A stretch of 64,000 nt of DNA from Zygnema circumcarinatum SAG 698-1b (taxonomy: Eukaryota; Plantae; Zygnematophyceae). The stretch covers positions 1,054,001 to 1,118,000 of the forward strand of contig CM074812.1 in NCBI GenBank assembly GCA_037447605.1, in the 5' to 3' direction. The notes under the pieces are model-generated. The model was not told where the DNA came from, did no database searches, and saw nothing but the letters and a program-made list of their open reading frames with translations. The position numbers and the translations under genes are program-made. Of the stretch, positions 29,727 to 44,515 are shown piece after piece; the stretch's first letter is position 1; each line of letters starts with the position of its first letter.

Positions 29727-31135
29727 TAGGGATGGCCCGCGTTATAAATTCCAAATAAATTATATATTTTACAACGGGTTTAAAAGTAGTAAAAACACTT
29801 TATTACATATATTATACCCACTCGTTTTGAACAATTAACGACCGTACGACCGTACTCGTACGGTCGTACGGTCGCACCGTACCAAAATTAGGTCGTTTTG
29901 GCGTTGGCGTTGTAGCACAAGATAAGTGGGGTTAAGAGAAGACTGCTGAGCTAGTTGCAGGTGCTGTACGGCCACTCGCGCGTCCGTGCTGAAACTAATG
30001 AAGGGTTGGGTTGGTGCTGTGGGTCTGCCTGCAGCATAGAGCCAGGATCCGGGAGATTCAGAGGTACGCGCAGCGGAAGACGTAGGGATTCTGAAGACGT
30101 TCCCACCGGCGGCTGGACTTGATGCGCAAAGAGCCCTTCCTTGGGGACCCTCCTCCCCTGTCCTCTCCTCGGCTAGTCTCTTAGCTAGGCTTCTAGTGAT
30201 CATTGGTCATTGAGAGTAATGCAAGGCAGGATAGAGCAAGATAGGGGCTTGGCATAGTGACAGCAGAGGGAAAACAGGACACAACTTAGATAAAGGTGGT
30301 ATTTTGGAAACTCACCCCAGCCAGCGGTTGGCTGGGGAATGTCATTACAATGAAATTGTCTTCTCACTGAAATCTTTGTCTAACTGGGCTGAATGGGACG
30401 TCTAAATGCTATCAGCAAGAAGACTCTTTCTCTCTCTCTCTCTCTCTCTATCTATGGCATGGAACTCTCTCTCTCTCTCTCTCTTACTTAGCATCTGTTG
30501 CTGTAATTGAAGAGGAAGGAAAAGAAGAAAGAAGAACAAGAAGACAAACCACACAGCAAATACAAATACTAAGCCCAGCACTAAAAGACAAACAAGCATC
30601 ACTGACATCCCATCTACTTAACACTGACAATAGATCTTGAGTCTTGGTAGTGACAGTCCCTGATTGGCCAACTGCCCACTGAGAGGCCTGACTGACTACG
30701 TGGAGCCTTCGGATAGGTCAACGAATGATAATCGGCGGCCTTAGGCGGTGTTCCCGAGTGCGCCTTGCTGGATGGTGTGCTGTTCCGTGGACCGCCAACG
30801 CATGGCGCCGCCTTCTCGCATTCTCCGTTGGCAGCTCCTGGATTCCGTTGATCCGTGACACGGAAGAGGCATATGTCAAGTACAATTGAACGGACGCAAA
30901 TCCGTCGAACGCAGCTCCGTTACGCTACAGCGTTGCGAAATGCGTCCGTTTGGTTCACTCTGTCTGCTCGCGCATCCGTACCGCATAATACCGTACTGTA
31001 CAGTCGTTCGACCGTACGACCGTCCGACCGTACATGTTGTAAAGGCGTTGTAAATTAATATATATCAGCCGTTATCTAGTCGTCACAGTTGTATAATATA
31101 ATATATATTATATAGCCGTAACTAATCCATCCCTA
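29727..31135. mobile_element. hAT-type MITE, copy A (about 386 bp) carrying a nested solo-LTR-like insertion
   Basis: TIR TAGGGATGG (29727) / CCATCCCTA (ends 31135). Perfect 8-bp TSD GCTGTGGG at 29719-29726 and 31136-31143. CGTACG-rich subterminal repeats. Confidence 0.9.
29911..30929. mobile_element. Solo-LTR-like element, copy 1 (1019 bp)
   Basis: Termini TGTAGC...GCTACA. 4-bp TSD GCGT at 29907-29910 and 30930-30933, confirmed by the empty site in MITE copy B. Homologous in inverted orientation to 61241-62060. Confidence 0.88.
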
Positions 31136-31269
31136 GCTGTGGGTCGTGTGAAGCCCAACGCGACAAAACATCTTCCGCGCTGTGGCGTGAGACGCAACGC
31201 GACAAAACATTTTCCGCGCCGTGGCAGGTTTTATTCGCAAAGCGACAAAACTTCTTCCGTTGCTGTGGG

Positions 31270-31654
31270 TAGGAATGGATTAGTTACGACTATATAATAT
31301 ATGTTATATTATACAACTGTGACGACTAGATAACGGCTGATATATATTAATTTACAACGCCTTTACAACATGTACGGTCGTACGGTCGTACGACTGTACG
31401 GTATTATGCGGCCCGAGCACGAGCAGACAGAGAAAACCAGACGAACGCATTTCGCAACGCCAACGCCAAAACGACCTAATTTTGGTATGGTGCGACCGTA
31501 CGACCGTACGAGTACAGTCGTACGGTCGTTAATTGTTCAAAACGAGTGGGTATAATATATGTAATAAAGTGTTTTACTTTGTAATATATTACTAATTTTA
31601 AACCCGTTGTAAATTATATAATATATTCGGAATTTATAACGCGGGCCATCCCTA
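31270..31654. mobile_element. hAT-type MITE, copy B (385 bp), inverted relative to copy A and without the LTR insertion
   Basis: Ends TAGGAATGG / CCATCCCTA. Its two halves are reverse complements of 30934-31135 and 29727-29910. It is preceded by GCTGTGGG (31262-31269), but the right flank lacks the duplication. Confidence 0.88.
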
Positions 31655-31733
31655 AGTGAAACACGACAAAACATCTTTGCCGATGAATTTGACCTGCGCC
31701 GTCAGACGAGACAAGCATGCTAACCTTACATTA

Positions 31734-31915
31734 AGGGGGAGTCAGACCTTGACCATCGCCAAATCAATTTCGTAAGCCTGTCGGGCGAATTCAGCATTGG
31801 CTAGGTACGCATTTCGATACGGCTGGGCTCGCCGGAATTCGTACACGATAGAAGTGACTTTTAGTATAAGGAATTCTGGAATTTCGTAAGCGATGGTCAA
31901 GGTCTGACTCCCCCT
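31734..31915. mobile_element. MITE (182 bp) with perfect 26-bp TIRs, followed by a truncated, degenerate tandem copy (about 31927-32065)
   Basis: AGGGGGAGTCAGACCTTGACCATCGC at 31734 and its reverse complement ending at 31915. AT-rich flanks (TTA / ATT) suggest a PIF/Harbinger-like element, but the TSD is not clean. Confidence 0.8.
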
Positions 31916-32544
31916 ATTATTATTATCCCCTTGACCATCGCCTAGTCAATTTCGTAAGCCTGTCGGGCGAATTAAGCATTGGCTAGGTACGCATTTCAAA
32001 ACTTACTTTTAGTATACTAAATTCGGGAATTTAGTACGCTCGGGGGCTGTCTGACCCCACCCCCAATAATTCTGAAAAAATGGCAACACCTCATAAAGTA
32101 TATGTCGCTGTCCCAGTTACAGTTAGATTCCAGTTCAGTTCTCATCGCAGTCCAGTCCAGGTACAGTTATGTCTTCAACGAATAGCGAACTTGGTACATG
32201 AATCGACTCTCCCTCTTCCTCCCTCGGCACCGCCATGGAGCCGTTTTTCAGGAAGCGCTCAGGTGTAGCAGAGGGAGGCGAGAGTGAAGCATATGGATAA
32301 ACGAGAGAGAGGAGGAGGGATGGGAATATGGAAGATGAGAGGGAGAGGGAGAGGGAGAGGAAGAGGGAGAGGGAGCTGGCTTCTGTGATCCGACCAGACT
32401 TTGGGAGGCTGCGTCTCTCACTTAGCTATTCTGCGAGGGAGAGGCAGAGCTTTGGTGGGCCTGCTGTCATTGCATTCCGCAAGACCTTCCGCCCTTAGGG
32501 CCCTTTTGGAACTCACGTGCACTTAGGGTTTCTTTGAGGCCAGC

Positions 32545-34764
<2,220 letters not shown>

Positions 34765-35175
34765 AAAGAATAGTGATTAGAGAGGGCCTTGGTCTATTGC
34801 GTGAACGATGATAAAGGAGGGGGAGGGGGGGGGGGACAATCTCAGACAATATCTGTAGGAAGAACTTTTCACAAAAGTCTGATGCCAGAAGTCTGCTATT
34901 GGTTTTGATTCCATTTCCGAAAAATGAAGGCTGAGAGTCTGAGATTGAAACCCCCTTATTGTAAAGGACCGGACTTATGGGTTGGTTTTTTGGGGTTCTA
35001 GGTCTCATAGTGCGGGTGGCGAATGGCAAAAGGAAACCTTTGACTTCTTGCAGGGGACTAACTGCTTAGGGGCCTTAATTTGACATTGTAGAAAGGTTGG
35101 CTGCCTGTGAGCAATTCTAAAAGAAATGTCATCTCAGCAGCAATCAGCGCAAACTCTCGACCTCCTCCCATTGTT

Positions 35176-35326
35176 CAGTGGCGGACCTACATATACAAAT
35201 TGGGGGCGCTTAGCCCCCTCTCAGATTTTGTATATTCAATATTTTTTTATTTTTTTATATCGTATGTGTTCTATGCAAGAAAGTGGGCTAAGCTCCCCCT
35301 CAGCAAAAATCCTGGATCCACCACTG
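35176..35326. mobile_element. hAT-type MITE, 151 bp
   Basis: TIR CAGTGGCGGACC / GGATCCACCACTG. Perfect 8-bp TSD CCATTGTT at 35168-35175 and 35327-35334. Internal inverted GGGGGCGCTTAGCCC / GGGCTAAGCTCCCCC. Confidence 0.92.
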
Positions 35327-36357
35327 CCATTGTTTGGAGGGTTTCCAGAGTATTGCTCCCTCATGGGATTCTGAAGTTTTCAGACTTTTCAATGCTCGTA
35401 GGGTTCAGAAGCGCTTCTTAAGAGAAGTAAGAGACTAAGATCTTGATCTTGATCTTGGTCTGCCCCACTCCCTCTCTTTCTCCCTCTCTCCTTCTCCCTC
35501 TTTCTCCCACTCTTCGTCCCACTCCCTCCCCATCCCTCTATCCCCGTCTCTTTCCCTCTCTCTCTCTCCTCTCCCCACAATTGAGGGCATTCCAATATGA
35601 CATTGTCTTGAAATTTTACTTCATACTCTTTTGAAAAAACTGCTACTCCAGGAGAGAGCATCAGTCAGCAAGTTAAGGATTTAGAGTTCAAGGATTAACT
35701 ATGAAAAGCATTCAGTAGCCAAGCACTATGAAATGAAGGGGAAACCGCCAATGAGGACAATGGAACCACGGATTACATAGAAGGATTAAGATTAAGAAAA
35801 AGTGGAATCACTTTGGAATAAACGAACCCACTAAGGGAAAATGGGATCAGCGAGCAAGAGCAGGTTAAGACTACAAGTGAAAGAGGTGAAACCACGAAAG
35901 GAAATGCGTGGAACAACGAGTGGAAGCATGGAGCCACGCATGGAAAATGGCACCACAAGCGAAAACTGGAACCGTGACTACGTTAAAAGGGAGCCATCAG
36001 AAAAAGAATTGTTAAGAACCATGATGAAGTTTGCATTGGAGATGAACCCAAGTCTTCAGTATCGTCTAATCGAGATCAGGAACTTGCCAGTATCTTCTTT
36101 CTTACAACCCACATACAAATAACCAAACGGGTAAAATTTAAAGAAACGCCCTGCCGTGCCCACGTTCTCTTCAGCTTCCAGGAGTTCCGCGGATTTGTTC
36201 TTTTTGCCATCTTACAGGACCTCCGACTCTCATTGACATGTAGCTGGCCGGGCTCACCATTATGGTGATAATTATGGCCCCCCATAAGTTGCTAACAACA
36301 TTTTGAGCCGAAGGAATGTAAACTCTTCCACATCTTCACTTGGCTAGGCCTCCACCT

Positions 36358-39300
36358 CTACGTGAGGTATGGGCTGTCAATAACCGCAAAACCGGCAGCC
36401 ACACCACCCTCATCGGAATTTGCTTTCTTTGTGCGCAGAAGGTGGCCTGCCTGCTTATTCAGGACAACTTTGTTGCCGTTCCTGCGCGTCAGTAAGCAGC
36501 CAAATCTCTGATCAGAGACGCGATACAATGGTGGTCTAATGTCCCGTTCAAAACATAGGAATTTATTTGCTTCATGCAGTGTTTGAAGACGAAAAAAGAG
36601 GGAATTTGATGTCGTTTTGTTTCCCTGAGTAAGCTTTACTTCAGTAAGGGGAAAGAGCCAACAAGACTGATACTATGTAAAAGAGAAGAATACAAGCTGA
36701 CTTCAGAATAATGAATGAACAGCATTTTTGTTCCGTATGCCAAGAGATCACCAGAAGTTTTGTGAAAGAGGTTTGTTTTCAGGTGATGGAAGAAATTGCA
36801 AAAACGAAGTAGAGAAAACACAGAAATTATCTCTCTAAGAAAAAGAAATGGACGTGTGCAGGCTGTAAATGAATGTGTTTGTTCATGCGTGTGTTGGAAA
36901 GAGAGAAAGTGAGAGTGAGAAAGAGAGAGAGAGAGAACGAGAGAGACACCTGAGATATGTGCTGTATATGCCGAGCTCAGACAGGGTGTCCTCATAGCTC
37001 CACTGGCCGGCTCTTAACAAGTATGAAGACTGAATGGGCGGAAAGATACGCTGCATGAGAATGTACGCCGCCAGCTCCTCCCCTCCGTCCTTAGACTGCA
37101 GCTCAAGCAGCTTATCTCTCACATCCGTACCATAGATGTTATTGCCTGAGGGAACACCCACACTTCATCACATCAGACACTCTCTACTTGGCAGTAGTCA
37201 CTCAAATTTGAAGGACAAACCATGGGTTCAGCCAAATAAGTATAAAATAAGCTAAAATGTCCAGAAATTACCCTTTTGACCCTAATGTATGAGTGCCAGT
37301 ACACGGCATCAACGTAGATTTCCAATGACAGTGCAAAGTCATTGCGTGCATTCCCTACCCACCTCTTCTTGAGCACAAAGTAACAAACTTCCCTATACCT
37401 TAACCTATACCCTATACCTTAACTTCCCTATACTTCCCTATTTCCTTCCCTATGTACAAGTACTTGCATCACCAACCATGAATTCTATGCAAGTCTGCTA
37501 GTCACGTCATTCTCAACGTCTATGACCAAAATCCAATCCAATCGAAAAATATCTTTCGCACTTGGAAAAATAAAATGAATTCCCATGAACTTCAAGTAAA
37601 GATTCACGAGTTTACCTCCTCCTTCCCTCTGCGGCTTGAGCACAAACCGCTCAGGCTGTGAGAGGGCCTGTTCAATAGCTTCATCAGCACCCACTCCATC
37701 AAGCCCCCAAAGCCCTGCAAAGCTCTCCCTTAGAGTTGCAGCTGCAGCTTCACTAGGGACAAACCTGCAGCACATTGTTCAGCGAGTGAGTCAGCCCAAA
37801 CGGCTAGAAAGGAGCCCAAAGGAAGGGGGGCAACTTCAACATATGAATACTGGAAATTAGACCATAGAGGCCCTTCTGCACGTCAAAAAAAAGGGGGATA
37901 AAATACTATCCATAAACCCCCCCCCCCCCCCCCNNNNNNNNNNCCCCCCCCCCCCCCCCCGGCCCAACAAGCGGCGGAGTGAACATGACTTTGCCACGTA
38001 TTCCCGGCAAGGAAATTGTGCACCGCATAGGAGCACTTTTCGCGCACAATATTTTTCCCGCGCATTATGAGTGGAAATCGACGAAAACCGTTATTTTCGT
38101 GTATATTTCCTAAACTTTCGTCAGTCAAACTATGACTTGACTTGACTAAGTTAACTATGACCAGAACTAACTGATTACAGCACCAAAAACGGCTACGGAA
38201 AACTGGGAACGAGTGGGGATGGGTTCGAGCGCGCTGCTTCCTTTTTTCCATAGCCGCAAAACTCCGCCACTTGCCAACGATAGATGTCACTGATGCTATG
38301 GTATGGTATACTATACCAGCCATACTGGTATCATGCTCTATGTTCCATTTTTTTTTTGTACCCGTGTGCTTTGAAATGGTCAGCAAAAGTCAACGCATTC
38401 GCATTGCGAATGCGAATGCGTTGACGATACTTTCAGAATCCCATGCGCACTGTTTTTCTATGACATAATCAAACAAACATTGGAGTTCGAAACTGTTTTT
38501 CTCTATCCCAGGACTCTCCCCATGACCTCTTGGCAAGTAGAAATATAGATTATTGCGATGTTAGCTCCAATCAAAAAATTTACTCCGGAGGTCAGGAAAA
38601 GAACTGCAGTAGATCGCTAAAAGAGGGATCGTGGTGGGGAAAGGAAAGTGACCCACCTCTCGAGTATCCCTGGACGGGCAATCTCCTGTTGTATCTTTTT
38701 TGCCCCCGCCAATTGGTAAGCAACTGTGGGACACTTCACTGCTCGAGAGCGCTCTAAAAGTAACCGCACATCCCATTCCTTCAAGCAGCCAGAAAACAGC
38801 ATTTTTTCAGCTGACTGAATTCGGTCAATTGAGAAACAAGGGCCAAAACAGGCATCGTATAGACAGGCAGAGAGAGATTGGCACATGACGAAAAGGGGTC
38901 TACAAATGTATGAGTCACATCCTCCTCTCTCTCTCAACTGGTTGCTACACAGCAGGAAGAGACTGCATTGGAAAAAAACTACTTCATTGGGGTTCCGCTC
39001 ATCTTTAGAAATGTTTCCCAATGTTTGGGCTGTTAACATTTACGTACCTATATTTTGCATCTTTATTTTTAAATTCATCTATGCAATCAATCAATCGATC
39101 GGACAGCGCAGACATTTGTCTGCAAATAGTTTACCTTGGACGAGGGATAATCTGAAGGTCCATATCCGGCTCTATAATACACCACCGCTATCAGCTGCTT
39201 CCCTCTGCCCCACCAAAAAAGCATGCGAGAAGAACTTCATGACGGCAACATACATCTCTTGCTACTCCAAGAAAACCTCCTAAAACATAAAGAATCACAC

Positions 39301-42300
39301 TCGCCTGGATGCAAACCTGAACCTTTTTCGATGAAAAAAAGAACGGATTCTAGAGCAACAGATTTGATACCCTTATCCCAAACTTAACGGAGGCGGGGAT
39401 TGCAGCCCAGTTACCACTGCCAACGAAGCAAGTATTTAGCAGGAGATAATGTCTCGAACGTACAAACCCTCTAGACAGAGAAATGGCATTGCGACCACTG
39501 CTTAATTCATCTCCTACTAGACGACAGTTCCCCCCCCCACTCTATCTTTCCTGCAATGCATTCCAGCATCCAATGCCTATCTATGGCATTACTTCAATCT
39601 CTGGGTGAATACAATGGTTGCCAGCTGTGCTCACATAAACAAGGACCCGTCCTCTGAAAGATGTGCTTCGGAATGAATGTCGCTCAACGTTCGGCGAATG
39701 AGCCGCACTCGATGATTTTTCCACAAAAGAGACGACAGCCAATGCTGGTCATACATGTTCCGTTCACGAGGTTGCACCACCATCAGAATGACAGCTCTGT
39801 TTCCAACCTCACCCTGATCTACCACCGCATCAGGACCACAACTCATCAGGCATTAAATCTATCGTAGAATTATCATTACATATATTGTTGGTTTGCTGAG
39901 AGTGATTGCATCTTTTGGAACAACAGTACATGAGCAAAGGAGAACTCTACTGCATTTTTCCACTGTATGCACAATTACTGCATTGCAGTGTTGGCTACCT
40001 ATGCACGATTCTCCAAATGATAGAAGTCATTTCCAGCATTCCTGATAGAATTGCAAAAGTAAATCCGAGGGAGGAGAACTTCGTCTAGGCAAGATCAACT
40101 CCGTGCCTGGTCTCTTGTTCATTGACATTTAAGGTCAATAATGATGCTTTAGCATAGTTCAAATGTATAAATACAAACAAAAATTGTTTTAAGGATCTGG
40201 TATGAGCACCATCCACACAAGTCAGACAAACACAATCGTGTACACCTTGCAGCCTTGTCAATATCACTGCCTTTACCTCACTCGGGGAGGGAACAAAACT
40301 TGAAATTGTCTATGACAACAAATATTCCAATGCCAGGAGTCGCAGAGAATGGAAAGTACACCAAAGATAAACAAACACAATGTTCACCAACAGCCCAGCT
40401 TAGAGACTCTTCCTCCAGTAAGACACTCAGACTCAGAAGTCCAAAGTCGGCCTTTTGCAGACTTGCCATGTGCACTCACTCGCTTCTGCCATACTCCTCC
40501 CACGCCTGAGCTAGCGCCACAGCCGTATTCGCGGCTACTGGATTTTTAGGGAGACACTGGAGGTCCAAACCTGCTTTCTCCCCCAAAAGGTCCACAGTAT
40601 GCCTGGTATGCCAACCCAAAAAAAAAAAAAAAAAAAAANNNNNNNNNNAAAAAAAAAAAAAAAAAAACCATCAGCCAATACACATACTGAATCTTGTGCA
40701 AACAATGCAGGAACGGAGATCTATGCCACTCGTGCAGATCAGACCATCCCATATATTCGTCTGAGTCTGGGAGGTTGGATTCTTGTAACCGGGAGAAGAC
40801 CGAGCACGCAAAAGTTGAAAACAAAAGCGGAGAAGTAAGCATGATAAAGGTTTCGGCTTGGTGATAGACTTGCAGAGCAGAGTGCAAGCACCGGATGATT
40901 ACGCTATCGATTTAACCCCGCTGATTATATTGGCAATTTCCAACAGCCACTGGCTGGTTAAGAAATAAGTCGCGAAACAAACCTTCTGTGAGTTTATGCT
41001 TGAGAATAGAAGCATGAGGACCGCTTAAGTGACCAGTAAGCGCAAGTTGATAGAAACAAAGGTTCTTATCCATTAATAGCCCCACCACAAAGCATAAAGC
41101 AACTGTACAGTACAGTAGGCCAAGTTGATTCATATGCATACCGGTGCATGTCTGTGACAAGAGACGCAAGGCCGGGAAAGGAAGCAGATATGGTATTGAG
41201 TTCAATTTGCAAGAGACCTCCTGTAGCCATGTCTAGCATGTAATCTGAGCGATGAATCCCAAGACGAATATCCTGCACATCTCAAATCGGCAGAACAAAA
41301 AGGGTCACTTAGCGAATATGAGGAAGGCAAAACGAGCTTAGCTTAAATACTTCAACGAAGAGGTGCATCAACGCAGATCTATGCGTGTCCCAAGGGATCC
41401 TGGCCGTTTAAAATCCAGTTCTGCTGGAATTTTCCTCATGTTTAATTACCTGATGAATGCCTTCCTTCAGTATTGTCGCATGAATATTGAGTAAACCAGC
41501 AGTAAACGAGTCCGTCTTACCGGCCCTGAAGACCAATGAGCAGAAGGATTCTGTCAAGATTAATTTTTGAAGCACCATGAATCTGTGTGCTTGGTTTTCC
41601 ACCGGAGTTACAATTACTGCCCCATAAGACCTCCTAATCTCCTAATCTCCTAATCTTTCCACAATGTCACTGCTTCTTAACAATGTCTGGTCCTCACAGA
41701 CCGATATCTCGTAGATGGAGTGCACAAAGAGACAGAGGCAAAGACTTAATAGCATTTATAAATTAACGGTGCTAACTTAAAAATTGCACTGTGTCTTTAG
41801 TTTCTAGCTTGCCATATCCAACAAATGAATCGATCCTTCCCTTTTAATTAACAAGGCTAGTGAAAGGTTATGGAGAGGGCGAAGGGGAGCATCCAACCAA
41901 AATGTATTACCACAAATCTTGACAATGTCAATATCCCAGACGAAGGAGTGCCATCAAGTATCAAGTCTTTGTTACAAACAAACCGAGGGAGGAGCCCGCC
42001 ACATAGGAAAAGTGCCCAAGCTAATTTGCAGCAAAAGACAGAGAGCAGCTTGCTGCAAGCTTTACCTTCTTAGAGTTTGCTGAAGAAATTCAGCATCCAA
42101 GCTAACGGCATCAGTAAGTTCGTTAAAAAATGTCGCTAAACCGACTGCTTTCTCAAAAAGCTTCTTTGGAAACGGGGTCGCCATTAAAGTGACTGGCGCA
42201 TGCACCACTCCCAAGCCAGGCTTGCTCCCAGAACCCTGCATTGCCGATACCTCTTCCAAGCTTAAAACAAGACCAAGAAGTTTGATGATCATGTCTTCAC

Positions 42301-42912
42301 ACCAAATGCTGTGGTTGTTTAAAGTTACATGAATGCCACCATCCTGATCAAGCAATCTCCCGTAAAATAGCTCCATCGTTCTGATACTAAGAGAAAGATT
42401 GGAGGAAATGATTGCCAAACCTCGACATTCGGATCACCGACAACAAGCCCGTTCAAAGAAGCCCATGTGAGGGCTTCATATACAAGTTCTGGGACAATCT
42501 CCTCCGTCAGTTGGTACGATGCATCCTGAACGATCTCCGCATCCGCCGGAGTCATGGGAAGCGGGTCGACTGCAGGTGTAGCAGCCATTACAGTCTTTCG
42601 ACGTTCTCTGAACAACTGTACGCGTTTCGAGCAGCGTATGAACAAGGACCGTGCTGACGAGTGAACACGCGAAGGAAAAAGAGCTGAACTCGGCTGCGCC
42701 ACACCAGCATCCACGGAACGAGAGCTCTTGCAACTAGCGCAATGGAAACCGCCCTTCCTGAAAAGAAGAAAGTGAGTGCGCTCTCCAAGAGAATGTGAAG
42801 AACCTGACACCCTTAGCACTGCGAGCGGAGGTATGAAAGAGGTGGATGAGGAAGCAGATATGCGGCCGCCATATACAACGGTCTCCGTGAGGAAGCTGCC
42901 TGCAGACCGCAT
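36358..42912 (-). CDS. GSH2: Glutathione synthetase (eukaryotic type) with a predicted plastid transit peptide and a second in-frame ATG at 42588
   Basis: Exons 42912-42421, 42235-42066 ([14 protein letters not shown]), 41525-41450, 41272-41142 ([11 protein letters not shown]...[10 protein letters not shown]), 40602-40480, 39796-39635 ([12 protein letters not shown]), 39204-39135 ([10 protein letters not shown]), 38778-38657 ([19 protein letters not shown]), 37764-37616 ([11 protein letters not shown]), 37145-36950 (NNIYG...YILMQRIFP...SELGIY), 36481-36358 (LLRTK...[17 protein letters not shown] stop). Confidence 0.96.
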
Positions 42913-44515
42913 CCCCTCCGCCTGACAGCGGCCTGCTTCTCCTTCTTTCTCCTTCTCCCTCTCCTCCTTCTCCTTCTCCTTCTGCTTCTGATTCTGCCGC
43001 CATGGCTTCCGGCTGCTTCGGAGAAGCCACGCATTTACATTGTCAGATTTAGTACAGTACGGCACGTGTACGTCACGCGCGTGCGATTAGGTCGTACAGT
43101 GATAACACCGGTAATGTCCGTACCTTGTCGGGGTGATTCCATGTGAGAAGTTATGTTACTGTAGAATCAGAAATTCGAAATATCCAAATTACATGGAAAA
43201 CCTAAGTAATACGGATGCGACGATGGGCGGATAGGCCAAAAATCAGAATCGGATTTGAAAAATCCAAATCTGATTTTTAAATCCTGAAGATTGATCTCCA
43301 AGGAGTGAGATACGTATCAGATACGGATGAGACACGGATAAGATACGAATTGTAAAAAACGAGAAACGGAAAAAGACGACCGCAAAAGGCCAAGCGGCAA
43401 AAGTCGAGTGTACGAACAGTACGGCCTCCACTGCGCAATCCGTACGTGTTCATACTTGAATCACTTGAGGATGTTAACAAGTCCGTGAATCGGGAGTGTT
43501 CAGACCGTGTGAACTGAAGACAAAAACTTATACAGCACAATGAAATATCTGCTACCGTTCACCGTCCAGCCAATCGGGTTGGCCCGTGGCACGTGCGTGA
43601 ACAGAGCCTCGAGATGCCGGCTGGGAGAGATGCAAAATATCTCCCTGAATATGAATGGGATTGATGGGCCTGGCAGCCACAAGACGCGATGGTTTCATGC
43701 CCATGTTCATTCTTCATCTGCCAGCATGTTGTGACTGCATTCAATGCCCACACACATTTTAGCTAGGAACTGGTTTTATACCCAGCGTGGGACCTTTCTC
43801 CATCGCAGCAACACCTTCCACAACTCGTTACGCACCCAAACTTGCGTGTGTGGCTGCTCCCATGGGACAATGTTCGACAGTGGCTAGCCACGTGGGGCAC
43901 TAGTGCTGACGCATGGTTGCAATCTCGATGACGTGTTGCTACGTCAGTTGCAAACCGGCAAACCCGCAGAGGAAAGCCGTTCGTGGCTCGACGGCCAAAC
44001 GCGTGACGCCACGTAGGAAATCGTCCAAAACCCCAATTGCCAAGGAAGGATTCCAATTTCCTATCATATGCCCTCAAAAATAGCTCCCCTGGATTGGTGC
44101 CGACCCCCGGCGGGCAGCCTCAAAACCTTTCCATCGTGAAACCATCGACCCTGGGCGGCGCGACATGGCACATCAGCCGCCGTACAGGTTAAACCCAGGT
44201 TGGCGGCCAAAAAGTTCATGCGAATTAGGTCCCGGTGCGGGTACAAATGGGGTGTATGCCCCCCCCCCCGCTATGGATGGCGCGGCCGCGAGTGGCTCCT
44301 CCGCCTGCAACGTAGCGCGCCTCAGCTCGCGCCCCCCTTTATCCCCTGTGCCGCCCGCCGTCGGCAGGACGGAACCAGTACACCGCGCTTTTGATTCACT
44401 CGTTGATTTAGTCACAGGTCGATCGGTAAGGTACTGCTTCTAGGTTTGGAGGTTCTGCACTTTTAGGGCAACGTGAGGCAAAGAGGTCGGAATTTGCTGG
44501 TGAATTCAGCAGCCA

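Larger units (their letters stand above)
29560..31269 (+). repeat. About 43-bp minisatellite (CGCAACGCGACAAAACATC(G/T)TCCGCGCTGTGG...) interrupted by two MITE insertions
   Basis: About four units at 29560-29726, about three at 31144-31269, and a remnant (CACGACAAAACATCTT) after 31654. Confidence 0.85.

Noticed and set aside
30402-30608. Small hydrophobic ORF repeated at 61560-61748
   Set aside because: It lies inside the two solo-LTR-like copies, and the translations diverge by frameshift around low-complexity runs, which is not consistent with a conserved peptide.
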